Notes under the pieces: model-generated
What the model saw: only the letters and a program-made list of their open reading frames with translations
Databases searched by the model: none
Told to the model about the DNA's origin: nothing
Position numbers and translations under genes: made by a program
In this document: positions 10,875 through 21,255 of the stretch, in pieces
How positions within the stretch are numbered: the first letter of the stretch is position 1
Layout of the letters: every line of letters starts with the position of its first letter
IMG/VR virus record: IMGVR_UViG_3300025867_000005
DNA from: a virus
Taxonomy: Duplodnaviria > Caudoviricetes
DNA: 64,000 nt
Strand: one strand, 5' to 3'

Positions 10875-11218
10875 GGGAAGTGAAAGATATCATCTATTGG
10901 TTTCTGACCCGTTCGATATTCATCTTCCTGATGTTTTCATACCTCAGATCAGAGAATAAGGTTTCAGGATGCTTTTTCATCCCGATTCTATTATATTGCG
11001 GAATCTGCATGCTAACAAGAATGGCTTGCCTCAGAAACATAAGAATGCGCTTCGCAGATCTTGCCATGTTTGTCCTTGACCTAATTCCTTCAATCGCGCT
11101 GATGACGCTTGTAGAACCGTGTTTTAAGGTCGTTACGGAAGTGTTCATCTCTTCCTACTATTTCACGATGTATCTTAAACTTCTTTTCAGAAAGATGTCA
11201 GTAGGGGATTGGAAATGA
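10871..11218 (+). CDS. membrane protein (about 4 TM segments)
   Basis: several hydrophobic segments. Confidence 0.55.
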   Translation: MREVKDIIYWFLTRSIFIFLMFSYLRSENKVSGCFFIPILLYCGICMLTRMACLRNIRMRFADLAMFVLDLIPSIALMTLVEPCFKVVTEVFISSYYFTMYLKLLFRKMSVGDWK

Positions 11219-11769
11219 AGACCCACGTAATAGGAGATAACCATTTCTACCATGCGAATATCATCCGCTATTGTGACAGACATCCGGAAAACCGGAAAGA
11301 CAGATTCTTTGACGTTGAAGAAATGAACGAATATATGATATCGGCTTGGAACCAGACGGTAGACAGGAATGATGAAGTCATACATGCCGGTGACTTCGCC
11401 CTATGTCGCTATTATGATCAGCTTGAAGCCGTCTTCAAACGCCTAAACGGAAGAATTTCCCTGATATTGGGGAATCACGATTGCCATTCCAAATTGACGA
11501 AAGAAAGACTTTATCGGGTGGGATTCCAAAGGATAGAAGAAAAGGAAATCATTCTACGGGATCAGAAAATCATCATCACGCACCAACCGATTCGAAACCC
11601 AGATCCTGATTGGTTCAATATCCACGGTCATATCCATGACAAGAAATCCTTACTCCCTAACCAGTTCAATGTAAGTGTGGAACAAAATAATTACCGTCCG
11701 TTTCTATTACAGGATATCATTGACAATTTCGCTAAACCGTATTTTATGAAAGGAACCACAAATGCCTAG
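11215..11769 (+). CDS. calcineurin-like metallophosphoesterase
   Basis: GDNHFYH, HAGDF, LGNHD, THQP, IHGHIH. Confidence 0.88.
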   Translation: MKTHVIGDNHFYHANIIRYCDRHPENRKDRFFDVEEMNEYMISAWNQTVDRNDEVIHAGDFALCRYYDQLEAVFKRLNGRISLILGNHDCHSKLTKERLYRVGFQRIEEKEIILRDQKIIITHQPIRNPDPDWFNIHGHIHDKKSLLPNQFNVSVEQNNYRPFLLQDIIDNFAKPYFMKGTTNA

Positions 11770-12433
11770 ACAAGAAGAAGAGGAAGAAATCGTTATGCCG
11801 CAGTTCGTTCTGCCCCAATCCGATTACCTGACAAGATCCAGAATCATCTATTTCAACACAGAATTCAACCAAATCAGCGCAAGATCCTGTATCGAAAGAC
11901 TTTTGATTATGGACGCCGAAAGCATTCATGACGATATCACCTTGCTTATCGACAGCAACGGGGGCGATGTCTATTCTTTCTTTGCCATTTATGACACCAT
12001 CACCAAGCTTATCCACTGCGATGTCGCTACCGTCTGTTTGGGACGCGCTATGTCTTGCGGCCAAATGCTCCTGATGTCGGGAACCAAAGGCAAACGTTTC
12101 ATCACTGAAAATTCAAATGTCATGATGCACCAGATCAGTTCAGGAACCATAGGCAAAATTTCAGAAATGGAAAACCATGTCCAAATGGTACAGAATCTGA
12201 TGAAAACATTTGAGAAAATCATCCTCAAACACTCTAAGATAAAGAAGACAGAACTTTCAAGATTGATGTCCAGAGATGCCTATATGTCCCCTGAAGAAGT
12301 CATAGAATACGGAATCTGTGACCATATCATCAAAAAACCATCCGACCTTTATTCCCATCTCGTTACCAAAAACATCAAAACACGCAACGTCATCGATAAA
12401 ATGGTAGACGAATCAAAAGTAGAAAGAACATAA
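11762..12433 (+). CDS. clpP: ATP-dependent Clp protease proteolytic subunit
   Basis: IDSNGG, AMSCG (Ser), MMHQ (His), RDAYMSPEE (Asp). Confidence 0.9.
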   Translation: MPRQEEEEEIVMPQFVLPQSDYLTRSRIIYFNTEFNQISARSCIERLLIMDAESIHDDITLLIDSNGGDVYSFFAIYDTITKLIHCDVATVCLGRAMSCGQMLLMSGTKGKRFITENSNVMMHQISSGTIGKISEMENHVQMVQNLMKTFEKIILKHSKIKKTELSRLMSRDAYMSPEEVIEYGICDHIIKKPSDLYSHLVTKNIKTRNVIDKMVDESKVERT

Positions 12434-12436
12434 GCA

Positions 12437-13318
12437 ATGGATACAATGGATACAACCTATATCTTTTACCACAAGGCCGACCACGACGGCTGTTTAAGCG
12501 CTTTCCTTGTAAAGGATTGGCTTGATAAACAAAACAGGAAATACTGCCTGATGCCTTGCGACTACGGCTGTGAACCGTATGACAGACTTGAAGAAATCAA
12601 AGGAAATCAGGTTTTCCTCCTTGACTTTTGTTTTGAAAAAGAAGGTGTCATGCAAAGAATTAAAGACGATTCTAAGTCCTTCATATGGATAGACCACCAC
12701 CAAAAAGCAATCCAAATGTTTCAGGACTTGAATATACAGGGATTACAGACAAAAGAAGAAAGCGCTTGCATGTTGACTTTCCGATATCTGTATCCCGATA
12801 CAAGGATGCCTGAAGCCGTTGAAAGAATAGGCTTGTTCGATTGTTGGAAACACGAAGACAGGAAGGAAATCATCGGGTTTGAATACTATCTGCAAAGCAG
12901 AGAATTGCCTCCTGACGGCATGGAATGGCAATTTATCCTTACCCTTAATTCTGAAGATTGTGACGAATACTCTAATTTCGGTTGGGTATCTTATCGCAAG
13001 GACCAAATTCTGAATAAAAAAATCCTTGAAGACTTTAGCTTCGAAACAGTTTTACACGGATATAAAATCCTCGCCGTCAATACCCAAACCAAGGGAAGCC
13101 TTGGCTTCGGAACCCGATTGAAAGAATATGACTTCTGTATCTCTTTTGTCTTTACAGGGAAGTTGTGGAAATACTCAGTCTACAGCAGTTCTAACGATTG
13201 CGCCGAATTCAGCCATAGGTTTTACGGCGGCGGCGGACATAAGGGAGCCGCAGGTTTTCAAACATCTGTACTTGTATTGAACCCGTTAACAATGAAAGAA
13301 GGTAACGATGGGAAATAA
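12437..13318 (+). CDS. DHH/DHHA1 family phosphoesterase
   Basis: YHKADHDG, LLDF, WIDHH, GGGGHKGAAGF. Confidence 0.88.
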   Translation: MDTMDTTYIFYHKADHDGCLSAFLVKDWLDKQNRKYCLMPCDYGCEPYDRLEEIKGNQVFLLDFCFEKEGVMQRIKDDSKSFIWIDHHQKAIQMFQDLNIQGLQTKEESACMLTFRYLYPDTRMPEAVERIGLFDCWKHEDRKEIIGFEYYLQSRELPPDGMEWQFILTLNSEDCDEYSNFGWVSYRKDQILNKKILEDFSFETVLHGYKILAVNTQTKGSLGFGTRLKEYDFCISFVFTGKLWKYSVYSSSNDCAEFSHRFYGGGGHKGAAGFQTSVLVLNPLTMKEGNDGK

Positions 13319-14111
13319 AATCTTCCTTCCCGATGGCTCACCCCTGATCCTGACAACAGGAAGCGCAAAAGATGTAGGGGATGGCAATCATACATTCGGT
13401 GAATTGTACGAACACCGTATACTCCTGTATATGGCTTGGCTTAAATCCCTCCCCAAAGATATGGCTTGGAAAAGCCTTAGACATCATTCCTCCAACGGCA
13501 ATGAAGAACCGATGTTTAAAGATTCCTTTATCTCAGGATTGAATATCCCAGGCCTCCAAGGAATAGATCAACAAATCAGTTACCATATCCCCCTTAGATA
13601 TTTCGACATCTGCCCTGGTAAAGAATTGAAACAGGCACCGGTTTGGGATCAGCATTCCAGCTTCGATGTCTTAGACCGACTACTCGAATATGTAGCAAAT
13701 CCAAAAACAAATTTTGATGCAGATTTCATTCCCGACGGCAACCCCAGGACTTGGATCGGTTTTGACCTCGACGGAACACTAGCAAGATATGACAAAGAAC
13801 AGGCAGTCAATCCCTTGACAGGCAGATACGACGGGCTTTGGATCGGCCAACCGATACCCGAAACCGTAAAACTTGCAAGGTATTGGATCAATAAGGGCGT
13901 GGAAATCCGAATCCTTACCGCTAGAGTATCGGCACTCCCTTTCTTGGAAAAACCGATACAGGAACAACAGGTCGTCTCTAAAATACAGGATTGGTGCCTA
14001 CTGCACTTGGGTAAAATAATCCCCATTACTTGTAAGAAAGACAAAAACATGTTCTGTCTCTATGACGATAGAACCATTCAGCTTATCAAGAATACAGGGA
14101 TACGGAAATAG
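13308..14111 (+). CDS. fusion of a conserved phage domain (WDGH-like) and a HAD-family phosphatase
   Basis: DGNHTFGELYEHR..WKS.RH..QISYH..WDQH; HAD motifs FDLDGTLA, LTAR, YDDR. Confidence 0.72.
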   Translation: MGNKIFLPDGSPLILTTGSAKDVGDGNHTFGELYEHRILLYMAWLKSLPKDMAWKSLRHHSSNGNEEPMFKDSFISGLNIPGLQGIDQQISYHIPLRYFDICPGKELKQAPVWDQHSSFDVLDRLLEYVANPKTNFDADFIPDGNPRTWIGFDLDGTLARYDKEQAVNPLTGRYDGLWIGQPIPETVKLARYWINKGVEIRILTARVSALPFLEKPIQEQQVVSKIQDWCLLHLGKIIPITCKKDKNMFCLYDDRTIQLIKNTGIRK

Positions 14112-14154
14112 TCCATAAGAATATAACTACCAAGTTGGGGTCATTAGACCCCCC

Positions 14155-14193
14155 AGGGTCTAACAACAGGGTCTAACAACAGGGTCTAACAAC
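14155..14193. repeat. 13-bp tandem repeat x3 (AGGGTCTAACAAC)
   Basis: read directly; a related copy lies near 14251. Confidence 0.9.
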
Positions 14194-14314
14194 TATTTTT
14201 GTCTAGCCTAAGCCCATTGAAACATAACCTTCTGTGTCAAAGACTACCAATAGGTCTAACATCAACCTATAGTGATTCCAAACTTCAATTATACCATATA
14301 TCCACAAACCCTAA

Positions 14315-14415
14315 ACCCCATAAACCCCCACGAAAACCCCCTTGAAAACCCCCAAATCCATAGAACCCATAGAACCCATAGAACCCCCCTTGAATACCCC
14401 CTTGAATACCCCACT
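14315..14415. repeat. C-rich tandem repeats ((C)CCATAGAA x3; CCCCCTTGAA(T)A x3)
   Basis: read directly. Confidence 0.85.
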
Positions 14416-14453
14416 AATCAGCCCTTTGTCAAGCAAAATATTTCGTTTTTTAA

Positions 14454-14500
14454 CTGTTGACAGATTTTCTGTTGACAGATATCTTAATCTGTTGACAGAT
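14454..14500. repeat. CTGTTGACAGAT x3
   Basis: read directly. Confidence 0.85.
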
Positions 14501-14880
14501 TTTCTATTTTGTCAAGTCTTTTTTACCTTACAGACACTAGATTTTTAAGTAATAGTCGTTAGTGTCTATACATAAAGGTTAATTATTCTTTTCTCCATTG
14601 TTGTCAAGATGAAAATAATCCCTTGTGTCAATATACATAAAGATGTATATTCAGTTATCAAGCCTAGATTTTTCTTTTCTAGAGAAGAATAGAGTCCGTA
14701 AATGAAAAGCTTCTTTTGCTTGACAAAAGAATAGGATACCTGGAATCCTATTGTCAAACAGATTCCTTTTCTGAAAGAGAAGAAATAGGACGGCTAATTT
14801 AAAATTTACTTGACAAAAGTAAAAAAGGGTCTGTTATACGTAACTGAAAATTCCAGAATTTGGAATTTCGATTAGTCAGT

Positions 14881-14933
14881 GGATACATCTATCCAGTGGA
14901 TACATCTGTTCAGAGAATACATCTATCCAGTGG
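14881..14933. repeat. 17-bp iteron-like repeat GATACATCTATCCAGTG x3 (imperfect)
   Basis: read directly. Confidence 0.8.
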
Positions 14934-15406
14934 GTACTTGACAGGTTCCGGGGTATATGGTATTTTGTTGTCAAATCTTAAAGGGAAGATTTCTTTTAAG
15001 GAAACCAGATTATCTGAAAGGAAGATGTTATGTCTTACGCTGCTTGCCTACTGGGTTAAGAAAAACGGCGGGCTTGGAGACTACATTTGTCGGGAGAAGA
15101 TGACGGATGAGGAGAATGGTATGCGCTGGCTTAGAATTCAATGTGAACCGCACAGTGTCAAGATGTTTTTGGAAGGTTGTCAGAAATTCGGGTATGCCGT
15201 GCTCAATTGCTGGTAACGTTATAAAGTAGGTAGGGTAGGAGAGATAAGACAAACGAAATCAATACGGCGATGGCGAATCTGTTAATCGAGGCTTTTAGCT
15301 GTTGCAGGTGTCACTTCGTTTTATTTAAGAATGTTCCTGCGAATGTGCGGAAAGCGGGAGATCAAATCATCACTGACGGTCAGGAAGACATTGGAAGGTA
15401 TTGTGA

Positions 15407-16021
15407 ATGATTAAGAATCTGGGGATATTAGGCGGTAGTTTCAATCCCGTACATCTAGGACACCTTGGGATTGCAACTTCGGTTTTAGGTCAAGGTATCG
15501 ACAAGGTTTTGTTTCTTCCCGACAATGTTTCTCCTTTCAAGGTTTCAGGTGTTAAGCCTTTAGAAGATATGTCAAGGCATCGGTTAGAAATGCTTAAGCT
15601 TTGTTGTGTCGGCAATCCGTTATTCGGGATCGAGACGATGGAAATCCATACAGATGTTGTCAGTTATACCTATGTCACTTTACAGAAACTAAAGGAGAAA
15701 TACGGAGAACACATTTCCTTTATTTTAGGTTTAGATTCTCTGTTGTCTTTGCATCTTTGGTACAGGAGCCAGGAATTGGTCCGGGAATGTGATTTCATTA
15801 CGGTTTTACGGCCTGGGGTCGAGCGTCCCGTTGGATTGCCGGGTTTTCCCAAGGATATTGAAGACCGGTTGTTATCCCGGATTATCGAACCGAAAGGAAG
15901 ATATGACATCAGTTCCACGATTATCAGGGAGAAGATAAGGAAACAGGAATCCCTGCGGGGTTTGGTTCCTTTAGCCGTAGAAGAGTATATCAAGGCCAAT
16001 CATTTATATCTTGACCCTTGA
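15407..16021 (+). CDS. nadD: nicotinate/nicotinamide-nucleotide adenylyltransferase
   Basis: GGSFNPVHLGH, SYT, LGLDSL..LHLW, ISSTIIRE. Confidence 0.92.
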   Translation: MIKNLGILGGSFNPVHLGHLGIATSVLGQGIDKVLFLPDNVSPFKVSGVKPLEDMSRHRLEMLKLCCVGNPLFGIETMEIHTDVVSYTYVTLQKLKEKYGEHISFILGLDSLLSLHLWYRSQELVRECDFITVLRPGVERPVGLPGFPKDIEDRLLSRIIEPKGRYDISSTIIREKIRKQESLRGLVPLAVEEYIKANHLYLDP

Positions 16022-16115
16022 CAACTTCAGGTGTTTTTGCTGTATTGCCAAGTATCAAAAGGAAAACTTGGGTTTCCGAATGAGAACCACAAGTTTGTAA
16101 AGAAAGGAAGGTATT

Positions 16116-16433
16116 ATGTTATATCCGTGTTTCGTCGCGAGGTTTATTCTTCGTTATCAAAAGTGGAAACAGCCATACGCGGAGTTAAAGCACAGGCGTC
16201 GTTATAACCAAGGTGTTTATGTCGATGTTGTTAAAAAGATCAAGATGTCGGTAAGGGACGGGAAAACCTTTTGTTACGAAATCGGTCTTTCAGAACATAC
16301 GGTAAAATATCTTCGGAAGAAGCTTATGCGCAGGGGTTACGATGTCGGGATTTACGATATCAATGGCAAGTATCTTGTCGAAGGTGAAATCAAAAACACA
16401 GAAACATATTCTATTTGTGTCAATTGGGAGTAA
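16116..16433 (+). CDS. hypothetical protein
   Basis: GGAAGG RBS. Confidence 0.5.
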   Translation: MLYPCFVARFILRYQKWKQPYAELKHRRRYNQGVYVDVVKKIKMSVRDGKTFCYEIGLSEHTVKYLRKKLMRRGYDVGIYDINGKYLVEGEIKNTETYSICVNWE

Positions 16434-16450
16434 GGAAAGAGGTAGAGATA

Positions 16451-17236
16451 ATGGAAACAGATTTGAAGAATCAGATTGTTACGTGGATCAAGGATTGGTT
16501 TAAGACCAACGGAGACGGATGTCATGCTGTTATCGGGATCAGCGGAGGGAAAGATAGTAGTGTTGTAGCCGCTCTCTGTGTGGAAGCCTTGGGTAAGGAC
16601 AGGGTACTCGGTGTCTTGATGCCTAACCGCAGGCAGGATGATATTGATTGCAGTTATAAGCTGGTAGAACATTTGGGAATCCAACATCTGCTGGTGGATA
16701 TCGGGAATGCTTATGAAGCTTTGACGAACAGCATTGACAAGGCAATGATTGATGTCAATTACAGCAATGCGGTTCAAAACAATCCTTCCGCGAAACCGTA
16801 TGATTTCAATTCCGTGTATTGGAACAACACACCGGCTAGATTGCGCATGACCACTCTTTACGGTATTGCCGCCTGTGTCAACGGACGTGTTGCGAATACC
16901 TGTAATTTGAGTGAAAACTTCATTTCATATAGCACTAAATTTGGAGATGCGGCCGGTGATTTCAGTCCCCTTAGCGATTTGACTGTTACCGAAGTCAAGG
17001 CTTTGGGATATCAGTTGGGATTGCCCAAGGATTTGATTGAGAAGGTTCCTGCGGATGGAATGTGTGGGCAGACGGACGAAGACAGGCTTGGTTTTACATA
17101 TGCCGTTTTGGACAAGTATATCCGGACGGGAGAAATTGAAGACTTGGAAGTCAAGGTTAGGATTGACAACATGCACGTTGCTGGTTTGCACAAACTCAGG
17201 TATATGGACGGCTTTAAGAAGCCTGAAAGAATTTGA
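16451..17236 (+). CDS. nadE: NH3-dependent NAD+ synthetase
   Basis: GISGGKDS, ARLRM, TKFGD, QTDEDRLG. Confidence 0.93.
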   Translation: METDLKNQIVTWIKDWFKTNGDGCHAVIGISGGKDSSVVAALCVEALGKDRVLGVLMPNRRQDDIDCSYKLVEHLGIQHLLVDIGNAYEALTNSIDKAMIDVNYSNAVQNNPSAKPYDFNSVYWNNTPARLRMTTLYGIAACVNGRVANTCNLSENFISYSTKFGDAAGDFSPLSDLTVTEVKALGYQLGLPKDLIEKVPADGMCGQTDEDRLGFTYAVLDKYIRTGEIEDLEVKVRIDNMHVAGLHKLRYMDGFKKPERI

Positions 17237-17310
17237 AAGCTTTTCGGACGAGTCTATTGACACCGTGTATCGCTTTTGATATGGTGTTGGCATTGAAAGG
17301 ATTTTTCGTT

Positions 17311-18204
17311 ATGGGATATATGCACATAAACCAGCTTTACAAGGACCAAACAATTCTTGAATTCAAGGAAGCCTTTGCAATGGAAAAGGTTCATGGGACT
17401 TCCTCGAACATTTCTTGGAATGGGACAGAGGTCAGCTTTTTCGCCGGTGGAGAAAGTCATGTAAATTTCGTCAATCTTTTTGACAAAGAAGCCCTGAAAT
17501 CGGCTTTCCAGAAGGTTTTCGGTGACACTCCTGCTATTATCTACGGAGAAGCCCACGGAGGCAGCCAACAGAAGATGTCGAAGACGTATGGAGACCGTTT
17601 GCGCTTTATTGCCTTTGATGTCTTTTCTTCTGACAGGTTCTGGGATGTCGAGGATGCCTACCGTCTTGTTACAGAAGATTTTGGTTTGCTGTTCGTTCCA
17701 TTCCAAAGGATTCCAGCGACAGTAGAGGCATTTGAAATTAAAAAAAACGCGCCTTCTGAGGTTGCGGCAATTTACGGTTGTCAAGGGAATACCGACAGGT
17801 TCGGCTTCTGTCCTCCTATCAGGGAGGGAATTGTCATCCGCCCCATTCACGAGTTTACCGACAAGTGGGGAAAACGAGTGATTTGCAAACACAAACGCCC
17901 TGAATTTCAGGAACGTCAAAATACCCCGGATGTCAAGGATTTCGATCCTGAGAAGATAAAACAGATGGAAGAGGCAGATGCTGTTGCTGAAGAATGGGTT
18001 GTTGTGGAAAGGCTTAATCATGTTTTGGACAAGCTAGGTAATCCTAAAGAATTGTCCATGACGGGGAAGGTTATAAGCGCTATGGTTGAAGATGTTCTTC
18101 GGGAAGCAGAAGGTGAAATCAATCTTGATGACAAATCAAGAATCGCCAAAGCAATCGGGAACAAGACGGTGAAGATGTACAAGGAATTTTGCAGAAAGGT
18201 TTGA
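17311..18204 (+). CDS. RNA ligase, Rnl2 family
   Basis: motif I EKVHGT, III YGE, IIIa FIAFDV, IV EGIVIRP, V KHK; promoter at 17257 supports ATG 17311. Confidence 0.82.
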   Translation: MGYMHINQLYKDQTILEFKEAFAMEKVHGTSSNISWNGTEVSFFAGGESHVNFVNLFDKEALKSAFQKVFGDTPAIIYGEAHGGSQQKMSKTYGDRLRFIAFDVFSSDRFWDVEDAYRLVTEDFGLLFVPFQRIPATVEAFEIKKNAPSEVAAIYGCQGNTDRFGFCPPIREGIVIRPIHEFTDKWGKRVICKHKRPEFQERQNTPDVKDFDPEKIKQMEEADAVAEEWVVVERLNHVLDKLGNPKELSMTGKVISAMVEDVLREAEGEINLDDKSRIAKAIGNKTVKMYKEFCRKV

Positions 18205-18205
18205 T

Positions 18206-18430
18206 ATGAAATACTGCTATCATGTATACGGGGAAGTGAAAACGTTTTTTCAAACAGTTGATTACAGTGGTATCGTTACTTCAGATACCAAAATTTGCAG
18301 CGATGTGGATTTTAAACATCTTGAAGAGCAAATTGTCTCCACTTGTATTGAAGTAAAAGGCCTTAGCCAAGACACAAACGCAAGATGTTTGATTAAGTCT
18401 ATGACCTTCTTGCATGAAATCGAGGACTGA
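18206..18430 (+). CDS. hypothetical protein
   Basis: tightly packed ORF. Confidence 0.5.
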   Translation: MKYCYHVYGEVKTFFQTVDYSGIVTSDTKICSDVDFKHLEEQIVSTCIEVKGLSQDTNARCLIKSMTFLHEIED

Positions 18431-18431
18431 C

Positions 18432-18764
18432 ATGAAAATTATCAAATGGATTAAAGACTTGTTTTCGGAACCTGAATTCAGTGCGCAGAGCGCATATGAA
18501 TTGGCGAATGAACGCAAGAAACAAAAAGATGAAGATGAAGCCAAATATCTCATTAAAATGATTAAACGGAAGATTAGCGATGCGGCCTGGCTTCAGAATT
18601 TCCGTTTTGAATATGATTTCTATCGAGAAGGGGGAATTCCTCCGAATGACGAAACCGCTAAGATTATCTGTGATTACTTTAATGACAAAGGATTTTACGT
18701 TTATCTCAAGAATGATATGTTGCTTATAAGCTGGTATCAGCCAAACAAGGAAAAACGTGTTTAA
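18432..18764 (+). CDS. hypothetical protein
   Basis: GAGG RBS. Confidence 0.5.
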   Translation: MKIIKWIKDLFSEPEFSAQSAYELANERKKQKDEDEAKYLIKMIKRKISDAAWLQNFRFEYDFYREGGIPPNDETAKIICDYFNDKGFYVYLKNDMLLISWYQPNKEKRV

Positions 18765-18929
18765 AAGGTAAATTTTATGATGACTGAAAAAGACAAACAA
18801 GAAATCGAAGAGATGATTAAGAAACAGTTATCAGAGAATTCATCTGATGATTCTGGATGTTTGACGATTCTGCTCATGTTTTTGTTTTTATCGGTTTTTA
18901 TGGGTTGCTGATATCAAGGATGTAAAATT

Positions 18930-19151
18930 ATGGCTACAGATAGAAAAACAATGTCTATTGAAGACTACGAAATGCTCTTGAAATCTCAGGAGCGCACAAA
19001 TCTTTACAAGTTGATGGAACTTGCTCAGGCCGGTCTTGATAATTGCGGAATCTGTATATTCTGTCAGGATTGCCCGAGACTAGGGAATTGCATTATCAAA
19101 AAGACGTGCGATGAAGTAGAAGCCAGGATTAAAAGCGGAGAACTTTCTTAG
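18930..19151 (+). CDS. small Cys-rich protein
   Basis: CGICIFCQDC...C....C. Confidence 0.5.
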   Translation: MATDRKTMSIEDYEMLLKSQERTNLYKLMELAQAGLDNCGICIFCQDCPRLGNCIIKKTCDEVEARIKSGELS

Positions 19152-19253
19152 AACTATAAATTTCAGCAGGCTATTGACAAAGCAAGAAGAAATATGCTAT
19201 AGTTCCACCATCAAAAGAAACAATAGGGACAATCCCTAGAAAGGTAAGGAACT

Positions 19254-20108
19254 ATGAACGAGCTGGGTCTGTTGAACGTTTGGTGGATGGTTCGTGAGGA
19301 TATTTCGATCGGCATCGTGCAGATGCATGACATCTTGCAAAAGTATGGCCTTGATCCTGATATGATGCGGGTCCCTAGTGACCGTGAGTGTGTGCGTCGC
19401 GGCATCGACAGTTTCCATAACCGTAGGGGTTATAAGCGCCGTGTCGTCGAGAAGATCAGTGAGACTCAGAACAAGGCGGTTTTCGGTATCCTCGGAATCA
19501 GTCTTGACAAAGAGCACGAGAATTCCAGTTACATCCAGAACACAAAAGTCATTCTTGACAAGAATTCCGGAACTATCAGTGCGGAAGGCGCTTTGTCGGA
19601 CGAGGTTCTTAACAAGGTTGACAATTGCCGTGGCACCTATAACAGCGAAGATCTTCGTACGCTTTGCAAGAATGTCGTGCGGAAGTGCTTCGGGGTCAGC
19701 AAGCGGCCTACTGGCGGTGTTTACATGGTTCCGTTCACTTTCAAGAGTAAGATCGATGCCTTGAATGCCGTTCTTGGTGAAGTCGCTGGCAAACGTGAAG
19801 CGTGTGTCTATGTCGAGCGTATTTTCGGCGGAGAAGAGGAGAAAGATACTGCCGCCGTCAGCGTCTTCGATGATCTGAACAAGCGGTTGTCGTTCCTGAT
19901 GAACAGCGTCAAGAATGTCACGAAACAGGTTTGCCGACTGAAGGGCAAGAATGTTCAGATGGAAGAGATCAAGTATATCGCTGAAGTCTATCAGAACATC
20001 CTTGGAAAGCGGGAAGCGATTGCGGAATTCAGTGATGTCTTTAAAACCGCATCTGAGAAGATTGAGGAAGCCATTTCCAATCTTACCATCGTTCCTGAGA
20101 AGGCATAA
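19254..20108 (+). CDS. conserved phage protein (DUF6744/DUF3150-like)
   Basis: own promoter (19174) and terminator; RPTGGVYMVP motif; family assigned from memory. Confidence 0.5.
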   Translation: MNELGLLNVWWMVREDISIGIVQMHDILQKYGLDPDMMRVPSDRECVRRGIDSFHNRRGYKRRVVEKISETQNKAVFGILGISLDKEHENSSYIQNTKVILDKNSGTISAEGALSDEVLNKVDNCRGTYNSEDLRTLCKNVVRKCFGVSKRPTGGVYMVPFTFKSKIDALNAVLGEVAGKREACVYVERIFGGEEEKDTAAVSVFDDLNKRLSFLMNSVKNVTKQVCRLKGKNVQMEEIKYIAEVYQNILGKREAIAEFSDVFKTASEKIEEAISNLTIVPEKA

Positions 20109-20131
20109 CGGCAATCGGTGACATACAACAG

Positions 20132-20160
20132 AAGGGGATTGGAATTCCAATCCCCTTTTT
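20132..20160. terminator. bidirectional terminator between convergent genes
   Basis: perfect palindrome AAGGGGATTGGAATTCCAATCCCCTT followed by T. Confidence 0.75.
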
Positions 20161-20163
20161 CCT

Positions 20164-21144
20164 TTATAGAAGCACTTCTTTTATCGCTGTAGCCAGCTCA
20201 TACATAAGCGGTGGACAAACGCTGTTTCCGATTATCTGTCTGGCATGGTTTCTGCTTTTAAATTTGAACCCCTGTGGAAATCCTTGAATCGCCATCAATT
20301 CATTCTGACTTAAAACGCGTGGCTGATATGGGCTAAAGTGATCGCTGTTGCAAAGAATAGGACAGGACGGTTTTGAAGGGTCTATTTTCTTCGCGCTTTT
20401 TTGCCGTCCGACAGATTTTCCAGGAAGAGCTTGTTCCCAATACCCGACATACCTTTCTGTCAAAGGACGAAATTTCCCTTCTTCCAATATTTCTAGAACT
20501 TGCTGAGCTTGTACTTCTTGGTATTCAGGACATGGGAATGTGAATTCCTTATTCAAATCCTTACGTATTCCTACGATGAAAATTCTTTTTCTGACTGTCG
20601 GGATTCCGAAATCTTTAGCTGAAATCACCTTGTATTTGATGACATAACCTGCGTTTTCAAATCCTGCTTTTACTTCTTCAAAAATGTGTGAAAATCTCGC
20701 ATTGGCCATTTGCGGAACGTTTTCCATTACAAAAGCACGAGGTTGTAAACCTTCAAGAATCCTTACCGCTGCTTTGAAAAGGAAATTTCTTTCATCTTCT
20801 GGATTCATTTTACCAGCAGGGCTGAATCCGCAGCATACCGGACTCATATCCAAGACATCGAGCATTCTTTCTTTCAAACCGGCGACAGACAGGATTTCAC
20901 TTGAATCTACTGTCCTTATGTCTTTTGTTATCACAGGAAAACCGAAATTTTCATACAGGCATTCATATGCCGGTTTCCAGAATTCAACGGCACACAGTTC
21001 TCGGTATCCCGCCATAGAATATCCAAGACTGGAACCACCGCCGCCAGCGAAAAGGGAAACTACAGTCGGTGAATTTTCTGATTTCTGTTCTTGGTGTTTC
21101 TGCCAAAGGTAAGATAGGCGTTCGTAATAAGTTAAGTTTTTCAT
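20164..21144 (-). CDS. dcm: C5 DNA cytosine methyltransferase
   Basis: SLFAGGGG (I), variant SPVCCGFS (IV), MENV (VI), RKRIF (VIII), QGFP, GNSV (X). Confidence 0.85.
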   Translation of the reverse strand: MKNLTYYERLSYLWQKHQEQKSENSPTVVSLFAGGGGSSLGYSMAGYRELCAVEFWKPAYECLYENFGFPVITKDIRTVDSSEILSVAGLKERMLDVLDMSPVCCGFSPAGKMNPEDERNFLFKAAVRILEGLQPRAFVMENVPQMANARFSHIFEEVKAGFENAGYVIKYKVISAKDFGIPTVRKRIFIVGIRKDLNKEFTFPCPEYQEVQAQQVLEILEEGKFRPLTERYVGYWEQALPGKSVGRQKSAKKIDPSKPSCPILCNSDHFSPYQPRVLSQNELMAIQGFPQGFKFKSRNHARQIIGNSVCPPLMYELATAIKEVLL

Positions 21145-21255
21145 GTTTTAGAATAGAAATGCTATTGACAGATTTCAACATTTTTGGTAAATTACACGCA
21201 TCTAAAGAACAAAAGGCTTGTAAGCCTTAAAGAACAAATAAAAGGAAAAACAGAT

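Larger units (their letters stand above)
14112..14960. other. candidate replication origin
   Basis: 850-bp intergenic gap with four repeat sets; in sampled lines the + strand is C/A-rich to the left and G/T-rich to the right while genes stay on +. Confidence 0.55.

Noticed and set aside
14155-14933. CRISPR array in the intergenic repeats
   Set aside because: Units are 9-17 bp and mostly head-to-tail without unique spacers.
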